From Pseudomonadales bacterium (lineage in GTDB: Bacteria; Pseudomonadota; Gammaproteobacteria; Pseudomonadales; IMCC2047), in contig JAWKZQ010000005.1 of NCBI GenBank assembly GCA_041395865.1, forward strand, positions 1,679 to 65,678: a DNA stretch of 64,000 nt, given 5' to 3'. Shown here in pieces: positions 20,496 through 30,945 of this stretch. The translations under genes and the position numbers were made by a program. The notes under the pieces are model-generated. The model was not told the DNA's origin. It saw only the letters and a list, made by a program, of their open reading frames with translations, and did no database searches. Each line of letters starts with the position of its first letter. Position 1 is the stretch's first letter.

Positions 20496-21050
20496 ATGGA
20501 CTGCAAAAACTTCTCAGGCCTGACGCTGGTTGAATTGCTCGTCGGCGTTGCCGTAGCCGGTATTCTCCTGCTGGTAGCGGTACCGGCCTTTACAGACATG
20601 CTTCGAACCAGTCGGCTCAATTCCCAGACTCACCTGTTTGTCGCTGCGGTTAATTATGCACGGACAGCAGCCATTGAGCGGCAGCGGGATGTGTTGATCT
20701 GTGCGCGTGATGGCAATGTGTGTAAACCGGGGCGCAACTGGGGCACGGGCTGGCTGGTGTTTGTTGATCATAACCGGAACCGAACCGCTGAGGATGATGA
20801 AATTATTCGGTTATTTGAACCGTTGTCATCAGGCTATACCCTGACGGTTAATTACCCGGCTTACCGATTAATGTTTTTATCCAATGGCGATGTGCGGCGA
20901 GTTAATGGCGCCTGGCCTATGATGAGTTTTCGCCTTTGTTCGCCGGATGCTGGGGATGGAAAGCTGGCTGAGCGTTCCAGGGAGATCAGGATGAGTGCCA
21001 CGGGTCGAATGCGACTTCAGTTTGGGCGTGAAATCGCCGGCGCATGCTAA
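20496..21050 (+). CDS. Type IV pilus minor pilin / GspH-FimT family pseudopilin
   Basis: Class III signal MDCKNFSG|LTLVELLVGVAVAGILL with Glu at +5. GspH/FimT-like body. ATG 20496 is preferred over 20454. Confidence 0.75.
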   Translation: MDCKNFSGLTLVELLVGVAVAGILLLVAVPAFTDMLRTSRLNSQTHLFVAAVNYARTAAIERQRDVLICARDGNVCKPGRNWGTGWLVFVDHNRNRTAEDDEIIRLFEPLSSGYTLTVNYPAYRLMFLSNGDVRRVNGAWPMMSFRLCSPDAGDGKLAERSREIRMSATGRMRLQFGREIAGAC

Positions 21051-21118
21051 CTGACAGCAACAGGTGTTTGGCTGTATAATCGCCCCTTTGATTTGAATTG
21101 TTTGCACAAAGGGTTTCA

Positions 21119-22375
21119 ATGGACGTTAAAGCATACATGGCCGAAGTGGGCCAGCAGGCGCGTGCGGCGGCGCGTGAAGTCGCGAGAGCGGATACGGGTA
21201 AGAAAAACAAAGCGTTGCTGGCGATGGCTGAGGCCATTGAAGCTTCCCGTGGAAGTTTGCTGGAGGCAAATGCTAAAGACCTTGGTGCGGCGCGAGAAAA
21301 CAACCTGGACAGTGCCATGCTGGATCGACTGGAACTGAAGGAGTCGACCATCGATGGCATGATAGAGGGGCTTAGACAGGTCGCCGCGTTGGCTGATCCG
21401 GTTGGCGAAATCACGGATTTGAAGTACCGTCCTTCCGGAATCCAGGTGGGCAAGATGCGAGTGCCTCTTGGCGTTGTCGGTATCATTTATGAGTCGCGTC
21501 CTAACGTCACCGTTGAGGCGGCCAGTCTGTGCCTTAAGTCCGGCAATGCGACCATCCTGCGCGGCGGCTCCGAAGCGATTCATTCCAACCAGGCAATAGC
21601 CGAGTGTATCCGCCAGGGGCTTAGCGAAGCGGGCTTGCCTGCTGAAGCGGTGCAGGTGGTCTCAACGACTGATCGTGCCGCAGTGGGTGAGTTGATTACC
21701 ATGCCCGAGTATGTGGATGTGATTGTGCCACGTGGCGGCAAGGGCCTGATTGAGCGGATCAGCCGGGATGCGCGCGTGACGGTGATAAAGCACCTGGACG
21801 GTATCTGCCATGTCTACATTGACGATGACGCGGATTATGATAAGGCGACCAATGTTGCACTGAACGCCAAAACCCAGCGCTATGGCACCTGTAATACCAT
21901 GGAAACCCTGTTGATTCATGAAGATGTCGCTGCTGATATCCTGCCGCGGCTTTGTATGCATTACACCGTGGCAGGGGTTGAGTTGCGCGGCTGCGAGAAA
22001 ACCTGCGCTATCGTGGAAAAGGCCGTGCCTGCCAGCGAAGAGGATTGGCAAACGGAATACCTGGCACCCATTCTGTCCATTAAGGTGGTTGCGGGTATGG
22101 ATGAAGCGATTACCCATATTAACCGTTATGGCTCTCATCATACGGACTCGATTATCACGGAAAATTACAGCCGTGCGCGCGCTTTCCTGAACGAAGTTGA
22201 TTCCAGCTCTGTGATGGTGAACGCTTCGACTCGTTTCGCCGATGGTTTCGAGTATGGTCTGGGCGCTGAAATCGGTATTTCCACCGATAAAATTCATGCG
22301 CGTGGCCCGGTGGGGCTTGAGGGTTTAACGTCACAGAAATACGTGGTATTGGGTGACGGGCATATTCGCGCCTGA
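21119..22375 (+). CDS. proA: Gamma-glutamyl phosphate reductase
   Basis: ProA aldehyde-dehydrogenase fold (IYESRPNVT, catalytic-region NASTRFADG). ATG 21119 (MDVKAYM) is the likely start. Confidence 0.93.
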   Translation: MDVKAYMAEVGQQARAAAREVARADTGKKNKALLAMAEAIEASRGSLLEANAKDLGAARENNLDSAMLDRLELKESTIDGMIEGLRQVAALADPVGEITDLKYRPSGIQVGKMRVPLGVVGIIYESRPNVTVEAASLCLKSGNATILRGGSEAIHSNQAIAECIRQGLSEAGLPAEAVQVVSTTDRAAVGELITMPEYVDVIVPRGGKGLIERISRDARVTVIKHLDGICHVYIDDDADYDKATNVALNAKTQRYGTCNTMETLLIHEDVAADILPRLCMHYTVAGVELRGCEKTCAIVEKAVPASEEDWQTEYLAPILSIKVVAGMDEAITHINRYGSHHTDSIITENYSRARAFLNEVDSSSVMVNASTRFADGFEYGLGAEIGISTDKIHARGPVGLEGLTSQKYVVLGDGHIRA

Positions 22376-22388
22376 CAGGGGTTAGGGC

Positions 22389-23033
22389 ATGCGCAGCATC
22401 GCGATACTGGGCGGCACCTTTGACCCGATCCACTTTGGTCATTTGCGTCCGGCGCTGGAGTTGAGCCAGAAAGGGTTTGATGAGGTACGGCTGATGCCTT
22501 GCCATGTGCCGGCACACCGTGAGGCCCCTTGCTGTAGTGCCGAACAGCGCCTTGAGATGGTGCGTTTGGCGGTTGCTAGCGAACCGGCACTTTCGGTCGA
22601 CGCGCGGGAAATTGATCGTGAGGGAGAGACCTATACAGTTGATACCCTGACACAGATGCGTGATGAACTCGGCGACCAGGTCTCGCTGAATCTGGTCATG
22701 GGTATGGACTCATTCCGTGGGCTGCATACCTGGCACCAGTGGGAAGCGTTGCCGAAACTGGCCAATATTCTTGTCACGGAGAGGCCTGGGTCGACAGTTC
22801 CGTTGCAGGGCGTTATGGCAAACTTCCTGGGTGCGAGAAAAGCGCGGAACCTGCACGAGCTGATGACCTCGGCGAATGGGCGTGTATGGGTTCAGCAACT
22901 GGCCTTGCTGGATATTTCTGCTACGGCAATCCGGGGCATGGTTGCCCGGGGCGAGTCGCCCAGGTATTTACTTCCCGATTCAGTGTGGGATTATATTAAA
23001 CAACACCGGTTGTACCGGCCAATTGAGCAGTAA
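22389..23033 (+). CDS. nadD: Nicotinate-nucleotide adenylyltransferase
   Basis: 214 aa. Motif GGTFDPIHFGH. Confidence 0.92.
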   Translation: MRSIAILGGTFDPIHFGHLRPALELSQKGFDEVRLMPCHVPAHREAPCCSAEQRLEMVRLAVASEPALSVDAREIDREGETYTVDTLTQMRDELGDQVSLNLVMGMDSFRGLHTWHQWEALPKLANILVTERPGSTVPLQGVMANFLGARKARNLHELMTSANGRVWVQQLALLDISATAIRGMVARGESPRYLLPDSVWDYIKQHRLYRPIEQ

Positions 23034-23042
23034 CGAGGACTT

Positions 23043-23393
23043 ATGCAGGGCGAAAAAATTGTCGATATCGTAATCGATGCGCTGGAAGACATGAAAGCTG
23101 TTGATATCAAAACCCTTGATGTCAAAGATCAATCGAATGTCACGGATTATATGGTTATCGCATCGGGAACATCGAAGCGTCATGTGAAGTCCATCGCTAA
23201 CAATGTGCTGGAAAAACTCAAGGACAACGGGCTGCAGCCCAAGGGGACTGAGGGCGCTGATGCCTCTGAGTGGGTGTTGGTGGATCTCGGCGATGTTGTT
23301 GTTCACGTTATGATGCCTGATACGCGTGCCTTCTATGACCTGGAAAAACTCTGGTACCTTTTGCCGGAGGAAAGTCAGGATAGCGTTAACTGA
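23043..23393 (+). CDS. rsfS: Ribosomal silencing factor RsfS
   Basis: 116 aa. RsfS/YbeB pattern ([28 protein letters not shown]). Confidence 0.92.
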   Translation: MQGEKIVDIVIDALEDMKAVDIKTLDVKDQSNVTDYMVIASGTSKRHVKSIANNVLEKLKDNGLQPKGTEGADASEWVLVDLGDVVVHVMMPDTRAFYDLEKLWYLLPEESQDSVN

Positions 23394-23395
23394 TA

Positions 23396-23866
23396 ATGCG
23401 GATTCGCCTGATTTGTGTGGGTACTAAAATGCCCGCCTGGGTCACAAGCGGTTTTCAGGAATACGCGAAACGTTTACCTCCCGATCTTCGTATTGAACTG
23501 GTGGAGATTCCTCCTGGCCATCGCGGCAAAGGTGCGGATGTTAAGCGAGCCATTGAGAAGGAGTCTAAGCAGATTCTTTCCCTGTTGGGCAAGGATGAGC
23601 GGGTTGTCGCGCTGGATGTGCAGGGCCGAAACTGGAGCACCGAGCAGTTGGCCGAAAAGTTGAGCGACTGGCAAATGGGTGGACGCAACGTGGCATTACT
23701 GGTTGGCGGGCCTGACGGCCTGTCTGACGAGTGCCTTTCGTTGGCAGAGCAGCGCTGGTCCCTGTCTAATCTCACCTTCCCGCACCCGCTGGTGCGGGTT
23801 ATTTTGGCAGAACAGGTATATCGGGCGTGGAGCCTGTTGAATAACCACCCTTACCACAGGGCATAG
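23396..23866 (+). CDS. rlmH: 23S rRNA (pseudouridine1915-N3)-methyltransferase
   Basis: 156 aa SPOUT methyltransferase ([10 protein letters not shown]..., ...NNHPYHRA C-terminus). Confidence 0.92.
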   Translation: MRIRLICVGTKMPAWVTSGFQEYAKRLPPDLRIELVEIPPGHRGKGADVKRAIEKESKQILSLLGKDERVVALDVQGRNWSTEQLAEKLSDWQMGGRNVALLVGGPDGLSDECLSLAEQRWSLSNLTFPHPLVRVILAEQVYRAWSLLNNHPYHRA

Positions 23867-23889
23867 GCCGGCGGTCAACTGTCACTCAA

Positions 23890-25802
23890 ATGAAAAACCG
23901 CGACTTTAAAGACCCTGGCCGGGAAACCCGGATATTTACCTTTCGAGCCATCCTGTTCTGGATAGCTGTGGTGTGCATGATCCTGGCGCTGGCGGGACGG
24001 GTGTTTTACCTGCAGGTGCTGGAGCATGAGCGTTATGCGACAGCCTCTGACAAAAACCGTGTCTTGTTGCAGCCGGTTGCACCTAATCGAGGCCTGATTT
24101 TTGATACAAGGGGCAAATTGCTCGCCCAGAACCGAGCCAGTCAAAGCCTTAATATCGTGCCTGAACAGGTGGGTAAAGCGTTGCCTGAGCTGTTGGCGAC
24201 GCTGCAAACGCTGATTCCGATCAGTGACAGCGATATTGAGAGCTTTGAAAAGCGTCGTAAGCAGCGCCGCCGTCCCTACGAACCCGTGCCTTTACGCGGT
24301 AAGTTGAGCGAAGAGGAAATGGCGATTCTTGCTGTCAACAGCTACCAGTTACCTGGGGTGACCGTTGAAGCCGAGCTGGTGCGCTACTATCCGTTTATGG
24401 CCTCGACTGCCCATGTGCTGGGCTATGTCGGGCGCATTAACGAGAAGGAACTCAAAGTCATTGACCCGGTCAACTACAGCGGCACCAAGAGTATCGGTAA
24501 GCTGGGGGTGGAGAAATTCTATGAGGCCCAGTTACACGGCAAGGTGGGACTTCAGAAAGTTGAGGTAAATGCGCTGGGGCGTGTGTTAAAGGTATTGGAA
24601 CGAGAAGATCCGGTGCCTGGCGCAGATATCAGCTTGTATCTTGATAGTGATTTGCAGCGTGTCGCCGAGGAGTCCCTGGGGGAAAGGCGTGGTGCCGTGG
24701 TGGCGATCGATACACTGACAGGGGGCATTCTGGCGATGGTCAGCCAGCCCAGTTTTGATCCCAATTTGTTTGTAACCGGTATCGATTCAAAAACCTATGC
24801 ATCGCTGCGCGATTCGAAGGATCTGCCTTTATTTAACCGCGCGTTACGCGGGCAGTATCCTCCAGGTTCGACGGTAAACCCTTTGTGGCCCTGGCAGGGC
24901 TTGAGCTGGGGCATATTGACTGGAATTACACGATTAATGATCCGGGCTGGTACCAGATAAACCAGGGCGGACGTTTTTATCGGGACTGGAAGAAATGGGG
25001 GCATGGCAAAGTGGACCTGCTGCTGGCGATGGCCCAGTCATGCGATACCTATTTTTATGACCTGTCGCACCGGATGAAGGTTGATGATTTGCATGACTTC
25101 CTTTGGCAGTTCGGGTTTGGTCGGCGTATCAGCCTGGATGTTGCTGAGGCGGTGAGCGGTATCCTGCCCAGTACTGCCTGGAAAAAGGCGCGAACCGGGG
25201 AGCCTTGGTATACGGGCGATTCGCTCAACGTCGGTATCGGACAGGGGTATATGCTGGCAACGCCCCTGCAGCTGGCAACGGCGACGGCGGTGCTGGCGAA
25301 CCGGGGCAAATGGGTGCAACCGCGCCTGCTGAAAAGTATTCGAGTGAATAAGACGTATATTGACAACCTGCCGGCGACCGAAGAGGTGGCCGCAACGCCT
25401 GAAGACATACACCTGAAGCGTGATGATAATTGGGAAAGGATGGTCGATGCCATGGAAAGCGTCGTGCATGGCAGCCGGGGCACCGCGCAGGGGATTGCCA
25501 AGGATCTGAGTTACCGCATTGCGGGCAAAACCGGCACTGCGCAGGTGGTGGGTATCAAGCAGGATGAAGAGTACGACGTGGAAAAAGTCGCCGAGCGTAA
25601 CCAGGATCATGGCCTGTTTGTGGCCTTTGCTCCGGCCGATGCGCCGAGAATAGCAGTGGCCGTGATTGTTGAGAACGGCGGTGGCGGCAGTGTGTCGGCG
25701 GCGCCGGTAGCAAGGGATATTCTGGATGCCTATTTGTTACCGATACTGGCTGCTGAGCAGGCAGGGGTGAGTGACGCGGGGGGCGTAGCGAAAGATGAGT
25801 AG
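23890..25802 (+). pseudogene. mrdA: Penicillin-binding protein 2 (mrdA) interrupted by a 1-nt frameshift at the SxxK motif (true pseudogene or sequencing error)
   Basis: Two overlapping ORFs, 23890..24960 and 24885..25802, together cover a full PBP2. Frame 1 reads PPGSTVNPLW and the second frame reads KPFVALAGLELG. One extra base in the A-run 24876-24878 would give STVKPFVALAGLE and a single 637-codon ORF. Confidence 0.85.
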
Positions 25803-26940
25803 GGACTTCCTGCGCCAGTTGCCGGGCGCTACCCATGCCTTCCAGGCCCGCCGCAGCCTGCTGAGCCGGCTGCATATCGATGGCTGGCTGTTGCTGCTCT
25901 TGCTGGTGCTCTGTGGCATTGGCCTGGTTGTGCTGTACAGTGCAAGCGGTGGCAGCATTGAGACCGTTTACCGGCAGGCAACGCGATTTGGCATTGCCTT
26001 TGGGGTGATGTTTGTCTTCGCCCAGATCAGCCCCTACCACTATCGCCGTTGGTCGCCCTGGCTCTATGGGTTGGGAGTCATCCTGTTGATGGCGGTTTTG
26101 GTCATGGGGGTGGGCGCCAAAGGCGCACAACGCTGGCTGGCCATTCCGGGGTTGCCCCGCTTCCAGCCCTCGGAGCTGATAAAGGTGGCGGTGCCAATGG
26201 CGCTGGCGGCTTATTTTGCCGACCGCTACCTGCCTCCCCGGCTTAAGCATGTGGGTTTCGGGCTGGTATTTATTTTGCTGCCTACACTGTTGATTGCCAA
26301 GCAGCCTGACTTGGGTACTTCGCTGCTAATTTGTGCCTCCGGCCTGTTTGTGCTTTTGTTCGCCGGTATTCAATGGCGCTGGGTATTTGGCTTTTGTGGG
26401 GCGGTTGCGGCCTGTTTGCCGTTATTTTGGATGTTCCTGATGAAGGAATACCAGAAGCAGCGGGTCATGACGTTCCTGAATCCGGAAAGCGATCTGCACG
26501 GCTCGGGCTGGAACATCATTCAGTCTAAAATCGCCATTGGATCGGGCGGGCTTTACGGTAAGGGCTGGCTGCAGGGCACCCAGTCGCACCTGGATTTCCT
26601 GCCGGAGAGCCATACGGACTTTATCATTGCCGTGTTTGCCGAGGAGTTCGGCTTCTTGGGGGTGCTGTGCCTGTTGTTTTTATATCTGCTGATTGTGACG
26701 CGCTGCCTTTATATCGCCACGCAAGCGGATGATACCTATGGCCGCCTGCTGGCGGGTAGCCTGACCCTGACTTTTTTCTTTTACTTTTTTGTCAATATTG
26801 GCATGGTGACCGGGTTGTTACCCGTAGTCGGCCTGCCGCTTCCTTTGATAAGCTATGGCGGCACATCAATTGTGACCCTGTTTGTAGGGTTTGGTATGTT
26901 GATGTCGATCCAGACCCACAAAAAAGTGGTTCCCCGCTAA
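25795..26940 (+). CDS. rodA: Rod shape-determining SEDS protein RodA (peptidoglycan glycosyltransferase)
   Basis: 381 aa polytopic FtsW/RodA/SpoVE family protein. Its ATG overlaps the mrdA stop by 8 nt. Confidence 0.93.
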   Translation: MSRDFLRQLPGATHAFQARRSLLSRLHIDGWLLLLLLVLCGIGLVVLYSASGGSIETVYRQATRFGIAFGVMFVFAQISPYHYRRWSPWLYGLGVILLMAVLVMGVGAKGAQRWLAIPGLPRFQPSELIKVAVPMALAAYFADRYLPPRLKHVGFGLVFILLPTLLIAKQPDLGTSLLICASGLFVLLFAGIQWRWVFGFCGAVAACLPLFWMFLMKEYQKQRVMTFLNPESDLHGSGWNIIQSKIAIGSGGLYGKGWLQGTQSHLDFLPESHTDFIIAVFAEEFGFLGVLCLLFLYLLIVTRCLYIATQADDTYGRLLAGSLTLTFFFYFFVNIGMVTGLLPVVGLPLPLISYGGTSIVTLFVGFGMLMSIQTHKKVVPR

Positions 26941-26965
26941 CGCCTTAGAACGAGACCCGGAGTAT

Positions 26966-27958
26966 ATGCGTTTCAGTAAAGTTGCGGTTTTCCTGTTTGC
27001 TTCCTTTTTGTTTCTGCTGCTGCCTTTTAAAGCGGTGGCCAAACTCAGCTATGAGACTCATCCGCAGGCCCTGGCGCTGGTTGATGAAATGGTTGAGCAG
27101 CATGGCTTTGATCGCAAAGCCTTGCTCAAACTGTTTGCCGAGACGGAGTTTCAGGACAGTATCGTCGCCTTGATGGATAAACCCGCCGAAGCGAAACCCT
27201 GGAAGGATTATCGCCCGATTTTTGTGACCAACAAACGAGCTAAAGCCGGTAAGGAATTCATGGCGGCGCATCAGGAAACCCTGGCGCGGGCTGAAGCCCA
27301 GTTTGGAGTGCCAGCGGAAATTATTGTTGCCATCATTGGCGTTGAAACCCGTTACGGCGTGCATGCCGGTAACACACGGGTCATGGACGCGCTGGCAACC
27401 CTGGCCTTTGATTACCCTCGGCGCAGCGAATTTTTCCGCAAGGAGCTGGTTGCTTATTTGTTGTTGACCCGGCAAGAGCAACTGAACCCTCTGGAGCTAA
27501 AGGGGTCCTATGCCGGAGCGATGGGGTACGGGCAGTTTATGCCGAGCAGTTTCCTGGAGTATGCCATTGATTTCGATGGTGATGGCCGGAAGGATATTTG
27601 GCATAATCCCGTGGATGCGATTGGCAGTGTCGCTAATTACTTTGCTCGTCATGGCTGGAAAACAGGCGAACCCGTGGTCAGCCGCGCCAGCTTTGACGGG
27701 AATGCAGAGAGTCTCGAATGGGTCAGGGGACGCAGTGGCCTCAAGCCCAGTTATACGGTGGCCGAGCTGGCAACGGCTGGACTCCACACAAAAGAGGAGC
27801 TGGTTCCTCAACAGCCGGCGACGCCAATTCGTTTATCCGGCGCTTATGGCAGAGAATATTGGGTCGGGTTGCATAATTTTTATGTGATTACCCGCTATAA
27901 CCACAGCGCGCTTTACGCCATGTCTGTGTATCAGCTAAGTCAGAAAATTGCCAATTAG
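26966..27958 (+). CDS. mltB: Lytic murein transglycosylase B
   Basis: 330 aa. Signal peptide and MltB/Slt35 family motifs (AIIGVETRYG, GAMGYGQFMPSSF). Confidence 0.88.
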   Translation: MRFSKVAVFLFASFLFLLLPFKAVAKLSYETHPQALALVDEMVEQHGFDRKALLKLFAETEFQDSIVALMDKPAEAKPWKDYRPIFVTNKRAKAGKEFMAAHQETLARAEAQFGVPAEIIVAIIGVETRYGVHAGNTRVMDALATLAFDYPRRSEFFRKELVAYLLLTRQEQLNPLELKGSYAGAMGYGQFMPSSFLEYAIDFDGDGRKDIWHNPVDAIGSVANYFARHGWKTGEPVVSRASFDGNAESLEWVRGRSGLKPSYTVAELATAGLHTKEELVPQQPATPIRLSGAYGREYWVGLHNFYVITRYNHSALYAMSVYQLSQKIAN

Positions 27959-27984
27959 GGCCGAGGAAAGGGGTTGTTGTAAAG

Positions 27985-28905
27985 ATGGGGTTAAGATGTC
28001 ATGCAACTGCAGGGATCAGCGCGCTGTGTGCGCTGTTGCTGGTGGCTGGCTGTGCGACCCAACCTGCCTCGCGTTACCAGCAGAAGCATGACTCGGCTCC
28101 CCATTACAGTCAGGATGTGCACAAGGTTCCCGATGCTGTTCCCCGGGTTGAACCCTACAGCAGAGGCGGCAATAAAAGTCCTTATGTGGTAATGGGTAAG
28201 CGCTATTGGGTTATGCCCAGTGGTTTGGGTTATGCTGCCACGGGCACTGCATCCTGGTATGGCACCAAATTCCACGGCCACCTGACATCCAATGGGGAAG
28301 TTTATAACATGTACGGCATGACGGCGGCTCATAAGTCGCTGCCGATACCGACCTATGTAAAGGTGACGAACCTGAACAATGGCCGCTACGTCATCGTCAG
28401 GGTGAATGATCGCGGACCTTTTCATGAAGACCGCCTGATCGATCTCTCCTATGCTGCGGCGACCAAGTTGGGATATGCCAAGCAGGGGACGGCTCCGGTT
28501 CGAGTGGAGGCAATTGACCCGGTAGCATGGCAGCGTAACCAGCGGGCGACGGTTCCAGTCGCGTACCAGCCGGTAACGACGACGGTTGGGTCAGTGCAGG
28601 CAGAGGGAAACTCGCAGGCACAATTGACGAAGGCCGCGCTGGAAACCCGCAGTTTAGCCGCTACCCTGGACAATATTTATGTGCAGGTTGGCGCGTTTGT
28701 CAGTTTTGATTCAGCGAATCGGCTTAAGCAACAGGTACAGGGTATGACAGACCAGCCGGTTACGGTTTTTCTTGATCAGCAGCGCACCCCTAATCTGCAC
28801 AAGGTACAGGTTGGTCCTCTGAAGGATGTTACGCTGGCGCAGCAGCTGAGGGAGATGATCAATAGTAATGGCCTTGGTTCTGCAATGATTCTGGCTGTAC
28901 CTTAG
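27985..28905 (+). CDS. rlpA: Septal ring lytic transglycosylase RlpA (rare lipoprotein A) with SPOR domain
   Basis: Lipobox LLVAGC. DPBB domain (GTASWYGTKFHGHLTSNGEVY, VRVNDRGPF). C-terminal SPOR-like segment (YVQVGAF...). Confidence 0.9.
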   Translation: MGLRCHATAGISALCALLLVAGCATQPASRYQQKHDSAPHYSQDVHKVPDAVPRVEPYSRGGNKSPYVVMGKRYWVMPSGLGYAATGTASWYGTKFHGHLTSNGEVYNMYGMTAAHKSLPIPTYVKVTNLNNGRYVIVRVNDRGPFHEDRLIDLSYAAATKLGYAKQGTAPVRVEAIDPVAWQRNQRATVPVAYQPVTTTVGSVQAEGNSQAQLTKAALETRSLAATLDNIYVQVGAFVSFDSANRLKQQVQGMTDQPVTVFLDQQRTPNLHKVQVGPLKDVTLAQQLREMINSNGLGSAMILAVP

Positions 28906-28960
28906 AAACCCTTAAAATAATTTTGATGGCTATAACGAAAACCATGATTAAATTTGCACA

Positions 28961-30097
28961 ATGCCTTTTGCAGTTACAACACTGCTCATCAGCCAGTTGG
29001 CGCTCGCCTCCAATCCGCTTATTCCTGCGGCTCCGCAGATTTCCGCCAGAGCGTTCCTGCTGGTCGATGCCGATAGCGGTCATATTCTCGTATCGGAAAA
29101 TGCCGATGAAACCCTGCCTCCCGCCAGTCTGACCAAGATGATGACCAGTTATATTGCCACCCATGAGCTGGATAAGGGCAATATCAAAGAAGGAGATAAG
29201 GTTCGAGTCAGCATCAAGGCATGGAAGACCCCAGGCTCGCGTATGTTCATCAAGGAGGGAAGCACTGTTTCCGTGGAGGACCTGCTGCGTGGAATCATTA
29301 TTCAGTCTGGCAATGATGCGAGTGTGGCGATGGCAGAATTTATCGCTGGCAGCGAAGATGCCTTTGCCGACCTGATGAATCAGCATGCCGGCCTGCTGGG
29401 CATGGAAAATACCCATTTTATGAACGCCACAGGCCTGCCTGCCCAGCATCACTACACGACGGCGGGTGACCTAGCCAAGCTGGCGCGGTCGATCATTGTT
29501 GATCACCCCAATTATTACCCGATGTATTCGGAGCAGGCCTTCACCTATAACGGCATTCGCCAGCCCAACCGAAACAAACTGTTATGGCGTGATAAAAGTG
29601 TTGATGGACTGAAAACCGGTCATACGGAGGAGGCGGGTTACTGCCTGGTGGCCTCTGCGGAGCGGGGTGGTATGCGGCTGATTGCTGTGGTACTGGGAAC
29701 CAAAAGCGAAGAGGCCCGTGCAACTGAAACCCAGAAACTGCTGACCTACGGTTTCCGTTATTATGAAACCCGTAAACTTTACGGGGCTGGCGATGTGCTG
29801 GAAGAGGCGCGAGTTTGGGGCGGTGCTGCCGACAAGGTTGACCTGGGCGTGGCGGAAGATATCTACATTACCGTGCCACGCGGCCAGTACAGCAGCCTGC
29901 AGGCCAGCAAGGAAGTGGATGAGCATATTATTGCCGGTGTCCAGTCCGGGCAGTCTTTCGGCAAGGTGCTGGTCAAACTGCAGGATCAGGTTGTGCTAGA
30001 CCAACCGCTGGTTGCGCTCGAGGCTGTGGAACCCGGTGGTTTCTTTAAGCGCCTTTGGGACCAGCTTGTGCTGTTTTTCGTTAAGTTGTTCAGCTAA
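28961..30097 (+). CDS. dacA: D-alanyl-D-alanine carboxypeptidase (PBP5/6 class)
   Basis: 378 aa with the SxxK (SLTK), SxN (SGN) and KTG (KTGHT) motifs. The N-terminal signal looks short, so the start is somewhat uncertain. Confidence 0.88.
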   Translation: MPFAVTTLLISQLALASNPLIPAAPQISARAFLLVDADSGHILVSENADETLPPASLTKMMTSYIATHELDKGNIKEGDKVRVSIKAWKTPGSRMFIKEGSTVSVEDLLRGIIIQSGNDASVAMAEFIAGSEDAFADLMNQHAGLLGMENTHFMNATGLPAQHHYTTAGDLAKLARSIIVDHPNYYPMYSEQAFTYNGIRQPNRNKLLWRDKSVDGLKTGHTEEAGYCLVASAERGGMRLIAVVLGTKSEEARATETQKLLTYGFRYYETRKLYGAGDVLEEARVWGGAADKVDLGVAEDIYITVPRGQYSSLQASKEVDEHIIAGVQSGQSFGKVLVKLQDQVVLDQPLVALEAVEPGGFFKRLWDQLVLFFVKLFS

Positions 30098-30945
30098 TGC
30101 CTGTTTATCTGAATGGCGCCTTTATGCCTATCGAGGAGGCGCAGGTTTCGGTACTCGATCGGGGATTCCTGTTCGGTGATGGTGTTTATGAGGTTATCCC
30201 TGTTTACCAGGGTAAACCATTGCGACTGCAGGAGCATTTGGATCGCCTCCAGCAAAGCATGGATGCCATTCACCTTGAGGTAGATGAGGATTGGCATGGC
30301 ATTATCGAAGACCTGGTGGAGCTGAACGGCAAGGGGAACCTGTCGGTTTATCTGCAGGTGACGCGTGGCGTCATGGAAAAGCGTGATCATGCCTTCCCGG
30401 AAGCGGCGATACCGACGGTGTTCTTGATGGCCACACCTTTTACGCCTGTCGAGGATTTAGAGGCGGTCAAGGGCGTTAAGGCGGTTACGGTAGAAGACAA
30501 TCGCTGGCTGCGCTGCTTTATCAAATCCATTTGCCTGCAGCCCAATGTGCTGCTTAAGGAGCAGGCAAGCCGTGCAGGTGCCCAGGATGCCATCCTGATA
30601 CGTGACGGCCTGGTGACCGAAGCAGCGGCGGCGAATGTGTTTGTGGTCAAGCAGGACGTGGTCTACACGGCGCCCAAGAATGATCTGATACTGGGAGGCG
30701 TGACCCGAGACCTCATCATTGAGTTGTTGGCACAGGCCGGTATTGAATGCCAGGAGCAGGCGCCTTCTGCCGCGTTGCTTGCCAGTGCCGACGAGGTATG
30801 GATTACCAGCTCCACCCGGGAAATTGTCCCCGTGATTGAGTTGGACGGTCAGCCTGTGGGTGACGGCGAGAAAGGAGCGGTATGGTACAATGCCATGCAA
30901 CAGTATCAGTATTTCAAAAAAGCGTTGATAGCAGGTAAACCGTGA
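30097..30945 (+). CDS. dat: D-amino-acid (D-alanine) aminotransferase, fold-type IV PLP enzyme
   Basis: 282 aa. DRGFLFGDGVYEV, YLQVTRG and EDNRWLRCFIKS closely match the Bacillus Dat signature (EDIRWLRCDIKS). The start overlaps the dacA stop (TAATG). Confidence 0.8.
   Translation: MPVYLNGAFMPIEEAQVSVLDRGFLFGDGVYEVIPVYQGKPLRLQEHLDRLQQSMDAIHLEVDEDWHGIIEDLVELNGKGNLSVYLQVTRGVMEKRDHAFPEAAIPTVFLMATPFTPVEDLEAVKGVKAVTVEDNRWLRCFIKSICLQPNVLLKEQASRAGAQDAILIRDGLVTEAAAANVFVVKQDVVYTAPKNDLILGGVTRDLIIELLAQAGIECQEQAPSAALLASADEVWITSSTREIVPVIELDGQPVGDGEKGAVWYNAMQQYQYFKKALIAGKP

Noticed and set aside
24876-24882. Possible programmed -1 ribosomal frameshift in mrdA. A AAC CCU formally fits the X XXY YYZ slippery-heptamer pattern and would join the two ORFs.
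   Set aside because: - Slippage there would yield STVNPFVALAG, with Asn instead of the essential SxxK lysine, so it would not make an active transpeptidase.
- AAC-to-AAA re-pairing is poor, and I see no downstream stimulatory structure.
- A missing A in the homopolymer explains everything more simply.
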